Assembly: GCA_049323655.1 (NCBI GenBank)
Contig: JBMONO010000034.1
Location: forward strand, 45,354 to 109,353
DNA length: 64,000 bases
Direction: 5' to 3'
From: Thermodesulfobacteriota bacterium
GTDB taxonomy: Bacteria > Desulfobacterota > Desulfobulbia > Desulfobulbales > SURF-16
Every line of letters begins with the position of its first letter. The first letter of the stretch is position 1. Positions 47,124 to 57,776 of the stretch are shown one piece after another. The notes under the pieces are model-generated. The model made no database searches. It saw only the letters and a list, made by a program, of their open reading frames with translations, and was not told the origin of the DNA. A program made the position numbers and the translations under genes.

Positions 47124-50100
47124 TCAGATCACCAGGGCGACCGGCAGCCCCGTCTCCGCGCCCCGATCACGGCTGTCCCAGAGCAGGCAGCCCTTGCGGA
47201 TACACTCGCGATTATGCGGGTACTGGTTGCAGTGGAGAGTATCTGCGGCAACCAGTGTAACCGGCAGCAGGTCATGCGAGAGGCGGCCGGCCTCCTGCAG
47301 GGCGATGACGCTTTCCCGCTGACAGCAGCGACCGGCCCGGATTGCGGCTATTTTTTCGAGAACCTGGGCCGTGGCCTGCTGGGCCTGCTGCCGTTTGCCC
47401 GGGGTGAGCGGGGTCGCCTCGAGAATGACGGAAAAGGCGATCCCCACTCCGAGGGCGGCGCCACAACCGCCCCAGAAACCGCAGACTCCGCCCGGCACCC
47501 GGCTGCCGCGCTCAATGGCGGCGAGGATGTCTTTTTTTCCGGCCTTGCCGCCCCGGGCCCGGTAGGCGGAGAGGATGACGCCGGGGATGATGGCATGGTG
47601 CTCCGGTCCATGCATGGAGATGGCGGACTGCGATCTGATTTTTTTCAGCAGGATGATCATGTCCTCCACCGCTGACTCGGTGCAGATCTTTTTAATAACC
47701 GCCAAGCCCTTGTCCTGATGACAGTTGTCACAGACGAAATGGCCGTGCAGGCAGACGGCGTTCGCCTCTTTCTCCTCTCCGCAATAATGGCAGGTTGTGG
47801 CCCGATCCCGGGTGAAGTAGCGCAACTCGCAGCCGCAGACCATGCAGTCGCTGTGCTGGCGCCGATCGCTTGCCGCTGGCGAGGAACAGCAGGAGAGGGC
47901 GGGGCTGTTCTCCGGCGGCAGACCGCAGCAGCCTCCGCCCTGGTCGATATTGATCACTGCGCCCTCCTGGTTCAAAATAAAGACCGATTCGTCTAGTCCG
48001 GCCAGATCAGCTGCCGCGATCCGGGTTTTTTCCCCTTTGAGCAGCAGTTTGCCGCTCTCGGTGTAGACGCCGGCAAACGGCCCGCGGTAGATGACTTGGG
48101 CCGTCTCGGGCACGGCCGGCTTCCAGGCAAGGAAGGTAAGTGAATAAAAACGGGTGTTCCCAACGCTGCGATAGGGAAAACGTTTGAGGAGGCGCACTGC
48201 AACAAAGCCGGTGGCGCAAAGCATGGCCAGTAGTTCCGTTTGTCGCATGGCGCCGCCCAGACACTCACCCCGCAGTTTTTCGTCGTTTTTGATCGCAGGC
48301 GGCACCGCCTCGTCGGTGACGATGTCAGCCACCACCAGCCTACCGCCGGGGCGGAGGATACGGAAGGCCTCGTGCAGGGTGCGGCGTTTGTCCGGGCTCA
48401 GATTGATGACGCAGTTGGAGATCACCGCATCGGCAATGCTGTCCTCCAGGGGGATTTCTTCGAGAAAACCCTTGCGAAACTCGACGTTGTCAAAGCCGAG
48501 ACGTTGTGCCACCTCGCGTTGGGAAGAGCGGGCCAGGGTCAGCATGGCGTCGGTCATGTCGATGCCGTAGACCCTGCCGGCGGAGCCCACCATTGCCGCG
48601 CCCTGAAAGCACTCGACCCCGCTGCCGCTGCCAAGATCAACCAGGGTTTCGCCCTGGGAGAGGAAGGCGTCCCGGACCGGGCTGCCGCAGCCATAGGAGC
48701 GCTGGCGGGACACCGCCGGAATGAAATCCTCCTCCTGCTGGCGGTCGGCAAAGGGGTTGACGATTTCCGCATTGGCCTCCTGGGCGGCCCGTCCGTAAAA
48801 TTCCCGTACCGTGGCATGACCCCGGTCGTCCCCGAGGGAGACGACGCAGTTGCAGTGGGTCAGCGCCACCGCGCCTCCCTCCGGGCAGTCATGACGGACA
48901 TCGCCCATGCGCAGCAGGATCGATCCCTCTGTCTGCGTTGAATAGCATCCGGCCTGGCGGGCAATAAGCCAGAGGGCCATGCGGTTGTAAAGCTCGACAT
49001 AGGGATCATGGCCGGTGAAGGAACCGCCGCGTAAGTAGCTGTGGTCGATATCGCCGCCGCCGATGAGAAAACGCAGGGGATTTTCCTCGTAGGCGGAGCC
49101 GGCAATGGTTGTCTGGCGCAAGTCTGCGAGCAGCGGGCTCGTGCGCCACACCTGTTCGAGTCCCTCGGTGAGAACACCACAACGCAGCGCGGGAATGGCC
49201 ACCAGGGCCGGCGAGGGGTAGATCGCCCCGTCCGGACCGACGGCCAGGGATTCCCAGCCGCTGTTGCTGAGGTCAAAGCGGGTGCCGGGAGAGGAGAATA
49301 CCTGGCTTTTCAGTGCCTCGACGTTATCTACCATGATGCCGAGGTGTTCTGCGAGTTCCAGGGCCGGTCGCAGATGGGTCCAGATTTCATCCGGCGGCAC
49401 GAACTGGTTGCTGCTGCCCTTGCCCCGGACAAAGTGCCAGAGCAGGTGGAGATTGCCGACCTCCATGTCTCCGGCAAGGGAAACGATGGCGGAGAGTTCC
49501 GCCACGTTGTGCCGGTTGACCGCCACCGACAGAGTGGGGCGGATGTGGTGGTCCCGGAGAAAGGTGAGGTTATCGAGCAGTCTGGCAAAGGTGCCGGTGC
49601 CGCGCAGGCGTTCGTGGTTCTCTTCCAGTCCGTCGAGACTGATCTGCAGATGAAGCCGCTCCCGGTCGGCGCGGGTAAAAAATGCCCCGTGCTCCCGCAG
49701 AAGCAGGCCATTGGTCAGCACCACCGTATGGCAGTGCGGATCCGCAGCCAGCAGGTCACAAAGGACATCGGAAAAGTGCGGGTAGATAAAGGGCTCGCCG
49801 CCGGTAAAATAAAAGATGGTGCAGCCCAGCTCTCGCGCCTCTGCCATGGCGCGGCGCAGATCGACCTCGGGCAGGGCAGCCGGCGAGGCCGGAGAGGCGC
49901 TGAACAGGCAGTGGCGGCAGGCCAGATTGCAGGCGTCGGTAAGATGGAACCAGCATTCTTTCAGGCGGGTGAGTGAGAGCACCTGGCCGCGGCCGGCGTA
50001 TGGCGGGGTCGGCTCCCGTTCGGTCAGGGCGCGGAGGCGGGCCAGGTGCAGTGTCTGCATCTCCCCTGGTCGGGTTTGATTGGAGAGCAAGGAGTCGGTT

Positions 50101-50204
50101 TGGCCATCGGCGACAAACCAGTCCGGAATGTCGGGGGCAACATAGATGGCGTAACCGTCAAACTCGAATCTTTTCCAGTGCGGTGAGGATTTCGTCGTAT
50201 TCAT
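47124..50204 (-). CDS. Fusion: radical SAM + degenerate SPASM + ArsM-type As(III) methyltransferase + Cys-rich DUF5714-like domain
   Basis: CNLACRHC (49908-49931), FTGGEP; YGCGSP, DLGSGSG, GIDMT, ISNCVINL, GECLGGA; C-terminal CMVCG/CHYCG/CDNCH, HGPEHH, CGFWGGCG, RCCQRE. Confidence 0.82.
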   Translation of the reverse strand: MNTTKSSPHWKRFEFDGYAIYVAPDIPDWFVADGQTDSLLSNQTRPGEMQTLHLARLRALTEREPTPPYAGRGQVLSLTRLKECWFHLTDACNLACRHCLFSASPASPAALPEVDLRRAMAEARELGCTIFYFTGGEPFIYPHFSDVLCDLLAADPHCHTVVLTNGLLLREHGAFFTRADRERLHLQISLDGLEENHERLRGTGTFARLLDNLTFLRDHHIRPTLSVAVNRHNVAELSAIVSLAGDMEVGNLHLLWHFVRGKGSSNQFVPPDEIWTHLRPALELAEHLGIMVDNVEALKSQVFSSPGTRFDLSNSGWESLAVGPDGAIYPSPALVAIPALRCGVLTEGLEQVWRTSPLLADLRQTTIAGSAYEENPLRFLIGGGDIDHSYLRGGSFTGHDPYVELYNRMALWLIARQAGCYSTQTEGSILLRMGDVRHDCPEGGAVALTHCNCVVSLGDDRGHATVREFYGRAAQEANAEIVNPFADRQQEEDFIPAVSRQRSYGCGSPVRDAFLSQGETLVDLGSGSGVECFQGAAMVGSAGRVYGIDMTDAMLTLARSSQREVAQRLGFDNVEFRKGFLEEIPLEDSIADAVISNCVINLSPDKRRTLHEAFRILRPGGRLVVADIVTDEAVPPAIKNDEKLRGECLGGAMRQTELLAMLCATGFVAVRLLKRFPYRSVGNTRFYSLTFLAWKPAVPETAQVIYRGPFAGVYTESGKLLLKGEKTRIAAADLAGLDESVFILNQEGAVINIDQGGGCCGLPPENSPALSCCSSPAASDRRQHSDCMVCGCELRYFTRDRATTCHYCGEEKEANAVCLHGHFVCDNCHQDKGLAVIKKICTESAVEDMIILLKKIRSQSAISMHGPEHHAIIPGVILSAYRARGGKAGKKDILAAIERGSRVPGGVCGFWGGCGAALGVGIAFSVILEATPLTPGKRQQAQQATAQVLEKIAAIRAGRCCQRESVIALQEAGRLSHDLLPVTLVAADTLHCNQYPHNRECIRKGCLLWDSRDRGAETGLPVALVI

Positions 50205-50414
50205 GGCAAAATTAGGGTAAAGTGACGCGTTAATCGCGGCGGACCACGGAGGGTCGTGGCCTTTTCGCCGCATCGACCTACCCTATCATAAATGTCGTTT
50301 TCTGCAATCAGGATTGCTGTCCTGGCCCAGGAAGGCAGGATTAATTCTTCATCACAACAAAAAAATGCAATTGTGCCCCGGACCGGCGGCACCAGTGAAA
50401 ACAACGATAAGACC

Positions 50415-52243
<1,829 letters not shown>

Positions 52244-52341
52244 GCAGACTCGCACCGCGTATTTGCGCAGCAGTGCCTGCACCATGAACATCTGCACCCC
52301 ACGGGATCCGATGTTCGCATAACACGATAAGGAGTCTTCAT

Positions 52342-52671
52342 ATGACCACACTTGCCCACGCCGCCGATGCTGCGGCTCCCGCGGCCAGTCCTTTGGCCGG
52401 CTTTCTGCCCATGATCCTCATTTTTGTCGTCTTTTATTTTCTGCTCATCCGGCCCCAGCAGAAAAAGGCCAAGGCCCAGCAGGAGTTTCTCGCCAATCTG
52501 AAAAAAGGCGATGAAGTCATCACCGGTGGCGGGCTGCACGGTAAGATCACCGGCCTGACCGATACAGTGGTCACCCTGGAGGTCGCCGACAATGTTCGGG
52601 TCAAGGTGGCGCGCCAGTATATTCTCGGCGCTGCCGGCGGCAAGCAGGATCAGGCCTGCACCAGCGGATGA
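52342..52671 (+). CDS. yajC: Preprotein translocase subunit YajC
   Basis: FYFLLIRPQQKK, LKKGDEVIT.GGLHG; follows tgt. Confidence 0.96.
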   Translation: MTTLAHAADAAAPAASPLAGFLPMILIFVVFYFLLIRPQQKKAKAQQEFLANLKKGDEVITGGGLHGKITGLTDTVVTLEVADNVRVKVARQYILGAAGGKQDQACTSG

Positions 52672-52706
52672 GCCATCAATCGCTAGTTTCACCGTCGGTG
52701 AAGCAG

Positions 52707-52737
52707 AAAAAAACGAGCCCGCCATCGCATGGCGGGC
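52707..52737 (-). terminator. GC-rich hairpin whose U-tract is on the minus strand (may be bidirectional)
   Basis: A7 at 52707-52713, then GCCCGCCAT-CGC-ATGGCGGGC (perfect 9-bp stem). Confidence 0.5.
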
Positions 52738-52858
52738 GATCTGTTAAAGAAACGGTCATGATGGCGGCTGCCATGAGTCGGTTATCATGGCCTTCGGGTG
52801 TTCTCGGGCGGCCATGCCCGTTCATGTCTAACGGGAGAGTCACGCTGACCTGTTCGTT

Positions 52859-55603
52859 ATGCCGGAAAACTTTCTGACCCGCTCCTTTAATCTCGACAGC
52901 CTGCCCACCCTGCCTTCGGTGGCCATGGCGGCCATTCGTCTCATGGAGGGCGAGAATTCCACCTTTGATTCCCTGGCGGAGCTGCTGAAAAACGATCAGG
53001 TGCTTACCGGCAAGATTCTTCGCTATGCCAATTCCGTCCATGTCGGCGCCAGACGGGAAATCACCACCATTCCCCATGCCATCTCGGCGGTCGGCTTCAA
53101 TGCCTTGCGGAGCATCATCCTCTCGGTGTCGATTTTTGACAGTTTTTCCGCCGCCACTGAACAGGAGGAGGAAAAACTGGTCCGTTTCTGGCTGCATGCC
53201 ATCGGTGTCGCCGCCACTGCCGAGGCCCTGGCCCGCCGTCTCGACTTCCCTTCCCCGGATGAGGCCTATCTCTGCGGTCTGATTCATGATCTCGGCAAGC
53301 TCGTCTGCTATCAGCAGTTTCCCGACACCTTTTCCCGAATCTGCCAGGAGATCGAACAGCCCACCAGCGCTGCGGACAGCGTGTTGTCCCCCCTGGAAAC
53401 CGAGCAGCTCATCGCCGGTTTCGATCATATCGATGTCGGCAAACTGATTGGTGAACGCTACGGATTCCCCGATATCCTGACCCGCTCCATGTGGCTCCAT
53501 CACCAGCCGGTCATCGAGCCGATCGCGCCGGATGTCGACCATTTGCCTCAGCTTGTCCGTTTTGCCGATGTCCTGTGCGTCACCCATAATGTCGGCTCCA
53601 GTTACTTTCTCACCGAGCGCCCGGTCTGCCATGACTCCTTTCGGCGCGCCCTCGAATATCTGGCCCGTCTCCATGGATTGAGCGGGCCTGATCTCCAGGA
53701 TATTATGGAGAATGTCCATGCCAGGGTGGAGGATGTCTGCAAGATCCTCGGTTTCTGGAACAGAGACGAATACCGGCAGCTGCTGCGCACGGCCAATGTC
53801 AGCCTGGGCCGGATGAGCCTGCAGCTCGACGAAAACAACCAGGATCTCTTCGCCACCAACCGCATCCTCTCCGCCACCTGTCAGATGCATGAGCAACTCC
53901 ATTCCGATCTCTCGCTGCGGGAGGCTGCGGAAATTGTCTGCCGTTCGGTGTGTGCGGCCTTTGAGGTGGAGCGGGCGCTTTGTCTGATCCGTGATCCGAA
54001 AGCGCACCGTTTCATCGGCGCCATTGTTGAACGGGACGTCTTTCACCCGGTCGAGCTGCCTTCCATTCTTGCCGATATGGTCCGGCGCAAAAACCATGCG
54101 ACCCGCGACATTGAAATCGAGGCGGCAAACCGGCTGGAGCAGGCCACCCACGACCTGGTGCATGGCAGAATCGACGAATCGCGCATGTTCAGCCTGTTGT
54201 CCGGGGCAAAATTTCTCGCCACCTTTTTTGTTGCGGACCGGAATTCCCGCTGGCGCAAGGAGCCGCTGCTCGGGCAGCTGCTGATCGATTTCAGCGACGG
54301 TCCTGATTGCATTCGTAACGGGATGACCGGTCTGCGCCAGAATTTTGAGGCATTTGCCGCCGCCGTCGGCACCGCCATTGACCGCCTGCTCCTTCAGCAG
54401 GCCCTTTCCGTGCAGGCGAGAAAACTGGCAGAGGCGTCCCGGCGGATGGAACAGCAACAGCAACAGCTCTTTCATTCCCACCGGCTGGCCACGGTCGGCC
54501 ATCTTGCCTATGGCATGGCCCATGAGATCAACAATCCGCTGACCGTGGTCTCCCTCAATCTCCAGCTGCTGAAGCGGATGCTGCCGACGGATACCCTCGA
54601 ACCGGGCAAAAGGCTGGAAATAATCTCCGATCAGGTGGAGCGGATTGCCGGAGTGGTTAATAATCTGATGGCCTTTGCCAAACCGACCGAACCGAAATTC
54701 GGCCCGACCGAGGTAGCGGACGTCGTGAAAAAGGCGTTGCGGCTGATGGAGAACCGCGGCGCCTTGGCCAGCATCACGGTGGACAACCAGCTCTCCGGCA
54801 AACTACCGCAGGTCATGGTCGATTCCCAGCAGATCGAGCAGGTCTTTCTTAATCTGTTCATCAACAGTTGCCAGGCCATGCCGCAGGGCGGCAGGCTGAC
54901 CATCTCCGCCTTTGCCGCCAGCGAGCATATCGATGTTTTTGTCCGTGACAGCGGCCATGGCATTGCCGCGCAGGATCTGACCAAAATCTTTGATCCCTTT
55001 TTCACGACCCGAATGGAAGGGGAGGGATCCGGACTCGGCCTGGCGGTCTCTCACACTATCATGGAGCACAACAAAGGCGCCCTCCAGGTGGAAAGTGAGC
55101 CTGGCCAGGGCACGACTTTTATCGTCCGTTTGCCCCTAGATAAGAGCGACCGCCTACGCGAGATGAAAAAAATTCTCCAGACCAGGAAAAAAGAGGACGC
55201 GGCCAAGGCGGGCGAAGGACGGCATCGGATTCTGGTGGTGGATGACGAAGAATCGCTCAATTCCGTGGTGCAGGAAACCTTGCGGGCCGCCGGCTACAGT
55301 GTTGACGGCGCCTATGACGGAGTGGAAGGCCTGGAAAAGCTGCGACAGGACAAATATGATGTCGTCCTGCTTGATCTGCGCATGCCGCGTAAGGACGGGC
55401 TGGCGGTGCTCAAATTCATCAAACAGGAATATCCGAACATCGCCGTAATCATCATTACAGGCCATGCCTCTATGGCCGAGATTCAGGAAACTGCAGCCAA
55501 GGGGGCCTTTGCCTGCCTGAAAAAGCCCTTTCTCCTCGATCGGCTGCTTGACACCATTGCCCGGGCCATCAAGGGCAGGGAAGGCCGGGCGGCGGCATCG
55601 TGA
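52859..55603 (+). CDS. Hybrid sensor: HDOD domain + histidine kinase + receiver
   Basis: HDOD (LPTLP, D..LTGKILRYANS, GLIHDLGK); H-box AHEINNPL, N-box QVFLNLFINS, DSGHGI, FDPFFTT, GSGLGL; receiver VVDDE, LLDLRMP, KP. Confidence 0.9.
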   Translation: MPENFLTRSFNLDSLPTLPSVAMAAIRLMEGENSTFDSLAELLKNDQVLTGKILRYANSVHVGARREITTIPHAISAVGFNALRSIILSVSIFDSFSAATEQEEEKLVRFWLHAIGVAATAEALARRLDFPSPDEAYLCGLIHDLGKLVCYQQFPDTFSRICQEIEQPTSAADSVLSPLETEQLIAGFDHIDVGKLIGERYGFPDILTRSMWLHHQPVIEPIAPDVDHLPQLVRFADVLCVTHNVGSSYFLTERPVCHDSFRRALEYLARLHGLSGPDLQDIMENVHARVEDVCKILGFWNRDEYRQLLRTANVSLGRMSLQLDENNQDLFATNRILSATCQMHEQLHSDLSLREAAEIVCRSVCAAFEVERALCLIRDPKAHRFIGAIVERDVFHPVELPSILADMVRRKNHATRDIEIEAANRLEQATHDLVHGRIDESRMFSLLSGAKFLATFFVADRNSRWRKEPLLGQLLIDFSDGPDCIRNGMTGLRQNFEAFAAAVGTAIDRLLLQQALSVQARKLAEASRRMEQQQQQLFHSHRLATVGHLAYGMAHEINNPLTVVSLNLQLLKRMLPTDTLEPGKRLEIISDQVERIAGVVNNLMAFAKPTEPKFGPTEVADVVKKALRLMENRGALASITVDNQLSGKLPQVMVDSQQIEQVFLNLFINSCQAMPQGGRLTISAFAASEHIDVFVRDSGHGIAAQDLTKIFDPFFTTRMEGEGSGLGLAVSHTIMEHNKGALQVESEPGQGTTFIVRLPLDKSDRLREMKKILQTRKKEDAAKAGEGRHRILVVDDEESLNSVVQETLRAAGYSVDGAYDGVEGLEKLRQDKYDVVLLDLRMPRKDGLAVLKFIKQEYPNIAVIIITGHASMAEIQETAAKGAFACLKKPFLLDRLLDTIARAIKGREGRAAAS

Positions 55604-56658
55604 TGGATTCCCGCCTGCTCACCATAGACGATCTGGTCCGCCTCACCGGGCTTGAGGAGAGTCTGCTGCGCTATTACGAATCCGAATACGGCGACGCGTT
55701 GCCCGAAAAAATTCTCCAGGGCGGGGTACTCTATTTTGCCCCGGCCAGCGTTACCGCCTTTGCCGCTATCCATGCCCGCAACGACACCGGCGCCTTGCCT
55801 CAGCCGGTCGCCGCCTCCCGCGCCCGGGTCATTGCTGTTACCTCCGGCAAGGGAGGGGTGGGAAAAACCAACCTGGCCCTTAACCTGGCGGTGGAATGGC
55901 AGCGGCTGGGAAAAATGACGGTGGTGCTCGACGGCGACATGGGGCTCGCCAACATCCACCTGCTGGCCGGCATCACCCCACGCCACTGCCTTCTCGATCT
56001 CATGCGGGGCACGGCGGAACTGGCGGACATCATCGAGGCCGGGCCGGAAGGCATCGGCATCATTGCCGGCGGCAATGGACTGCTCTCTCTGGCCGACAGT
56101 AGTCGACAGGATCGGTTGCGGGTCATCGATGCGCTGATCGAGCTGGAAAAGGCGGCCGACATCATCGTCGTCGATACCGGCGCAGGCATGGGGCGGGGCG
56201 TGCGCGATTTTCTCATGGCCGCCGATGAAATTATCTTTGTCATCACGCCCGACATCACCTCGCTGACCGATGCCTATGGTCTGCTGAAGGGGTTGCACCA
56301 GGAAAATATGCCCCGCCGCCCCCTCTATCTGGTAGTCAATATGGCTACCACTCTCAAACAGGCGGCGGATGCGGCCCGTCGTTTTGTCACCTGCGCCCGG
56401 GATTTTCTCGATCGCATCGTGATAAACAGCGGCTATATCCTCAAGGATGCCACCGTGTCGCTGGCGACGGCGCGGCGCACCCCCCATGCGATCTACCGAC
56501 CGGAGTCCCGGGTCAGCAAAAACACCCGGGCCATTGCCTGCAATCTCCTGCGCAGCGAGACAGACCGCAGTCGCGGCAGTTCCTCCTTCGGGCGCTATCT
56601 CAATCTTATTCGCGCCGCTCGGCCCGGGAGCCTGGCAACGGAGAGGAAAACGGCATGA
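55600..56658 (+). CDS. MinD/FlhG(FleN)-like ATPase with N-terminal MerR-type HTH
   Basis: LTIDDLVRLTGL..SLLRYYE HTH; TSGKGGVGKT, DGDMGLAN, VDTGAG, TPDITSLTDAY. Confidence 0.86.
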   Translation: MMDSRLLTIDDLVRLTGLEESLLRYYESEYGDALPEKILQGGVLYFAPASVTAFAAIHARNDTGALPQPVAASRARVIAVTSGKGGVGKTNLALNLAVEWQRLGKMTVVLDGDMGLANIHLLAGITPRHCLLDLMRGTAELADIIEAGPEGIGIIAGGNGLLSLADSSRQDRLRVIDALIELEKAADIIVVDTGAGMGRGVRDFLMAADEIIFVITPDITSLTDAYGLLKGLHQENMPRRPLYLVVNMATTLKQAADAARRFVTCARDFLDRIVINSGYILKDATVSLATARRTPHAIYRPESRVSKNTRAIACNLLRSETDRSRGSSSFGRYLNLIRAARPGSLATERKTA

Positions 56659-57521
56659 GCTCTTCCGGCTGGGCAGAAAAATTTGGGTTTTCCCGCAATC
56701 CCTTCAAGGACACCCTGAGCACCGATCTTTTTTACCGGACCAGACAGCACGAAGAGGCCCTGGTCAAGCTCCGCATCGGCATTGAGGACTGCCACGCCCT
56801 TATCCTGCTCAGCGGGGCCTCCGGCACCGGCAAAACCCTGCTTTCCCAGCTGGTGGTGCGTGAGTTGGGCGAGCGTTTCGCCACAGTGATTGTGCCGGTC
56901 TACCCGGAGATGGGCAAGGGAACCCTTCTTGATCGCATCCTGGCCGAGGCCGTCCCGGAGCGGCGGCAGGCGGCCAAAAGCGCCGATCAGCTCCTTCGTC
57001 AGCTGCAGGAGACGGCCTTGGCTCTTTACCAGAGCGGCAGGCGGCTGGTCATCGTCATTGACGAGGCCCATTTTCTGAAAGCCGATGCCCTCCATATCCT
57101 TCGCACCCTCTCCAACCTGGAAACAGAACAGGAAAAGCTGGTAACGGTTCTGCTTATCGCCGAAAAAGGGCTGAGTCGTCGATTGGCTCATCCCTCCTAT
57201 GCTTCCCTGCGAAGCCGCATCACCTTTGCCGTGCAGCTTGAACCCCTGCAGCAGCGGGAAACAGAACAGTTCATCAAGTATCGGCTCCTTAAATGCGGCG
57301 CCTCTCCATCCCTCCTGACCTGCGATGCCTATACTGAAGCCCATCGGCTCAGCAACGGCATACCAAGGGAGATCAACCGCCTGCTCTACAACGGTTTTCT
57401 TGAGGCCATGAGCGGCAATCACCCAGTCCTGACCGGGGCACTGATGGCGACGGCGGGCCGGAAGGCAGGTCTGTACCATGTCCCGCATGCGTCGATTGCG
57501 ACTCAGTCGGTCGCCCCGTAA
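56655..57521 (+). CDS. ExeA/GspA-family AAA+ ATPase (cytoplasmic, no peptidoglycan-binding tail)
   Basis: FGFSRNPF, GASGTGKT, IDEAH, SLRSRI, SNGIPREIN. Confidence 0.86.
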   Translation: MSSSGWAEKFGFSRNPFKDTLSTDLFYRTRQHEEALVKLRIGIEDCHALILLSGASGTGKTLLSQLVVRELGERFATVIVPVYPEMGKGTLLDRILAEAVPERRQAAKSADQLLRQLQETALALYQSGRRLVIVIDEAHFLKADALHILRTLSNLETEQEKLVTVLLIAEKGLSRRLAHPSYASLRSRITFAVQLEPLQQRETEQFIKYRLLKCGASPSLLTCDAYTEAHRLSNGIPREINRLLYNGFLEAMSGNHPVLTGALMATAGRKAGLYHVPHASIATQSVAP

Positions 57522-57654
57522 GCGCTCGGGTGAGGGCGTCACCCCGGAGGAGCTGGCGGTGCTGATCGGTGCCGAGGCGACTGCGCCAGCCGATAAAGCG
57601 GGCCAGCAATCCGGCAAACCGGTACACCAAGGTAACCTGCCGGACCGAGAGTGA
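57478..57654 (+). CDS. Putative 58-aa small protein overlapping the ExeA-like gene end
   Basis: Hand translation: MSRMRRLRLSRSPRKRSGEGVTPEELAVLIGAEATAPADKAGQQSGKPVHQGNLPDRE; purine-rich GAAGGCAGG upstream; below the ORF-track cutoff. Confidence 0.35.
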   Translation: MSRMRRLRLSRSPRKRSGEGVTPEELAVLIGAEATAPADKAGQQSGKPVHQGNLPDRE

Positions 57655-57776
57655 TTTCAGGCCGCTCGTCGTGATCAGCACAGGAATGTCATCTTGCAAA
57701 TGGCGATCCTTTCGTGGCCGAGCCGGTCCATTTTCCCTTTGAGCGGATGACTGCCGTCGCCTCGGGCTTTAGTTTA

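Noticed and set aside
49700-49960. Calling the fusion's rSAM domain an ArsS orthologue
   Set aside because: The motif context (WFHLTDACNLACRHC) is generic SPASM-clade and no ArsS-type C-terminal domain is evident; left unnamed
52740-52858. c-di-GMP-I riboswitch before the HDOD operon
   Set aside because: The GGCAAACC...GAAA...GACGCAAAG core is absent
52676-54523. 615-aa minus-strand ORF
   Set aside because: Antisense to the HDOD kinase with no motifs; typical of high-GC coding DNA. The same applies to 18694-19923, 19842-21146, 42063-43199 and 59378-61036.
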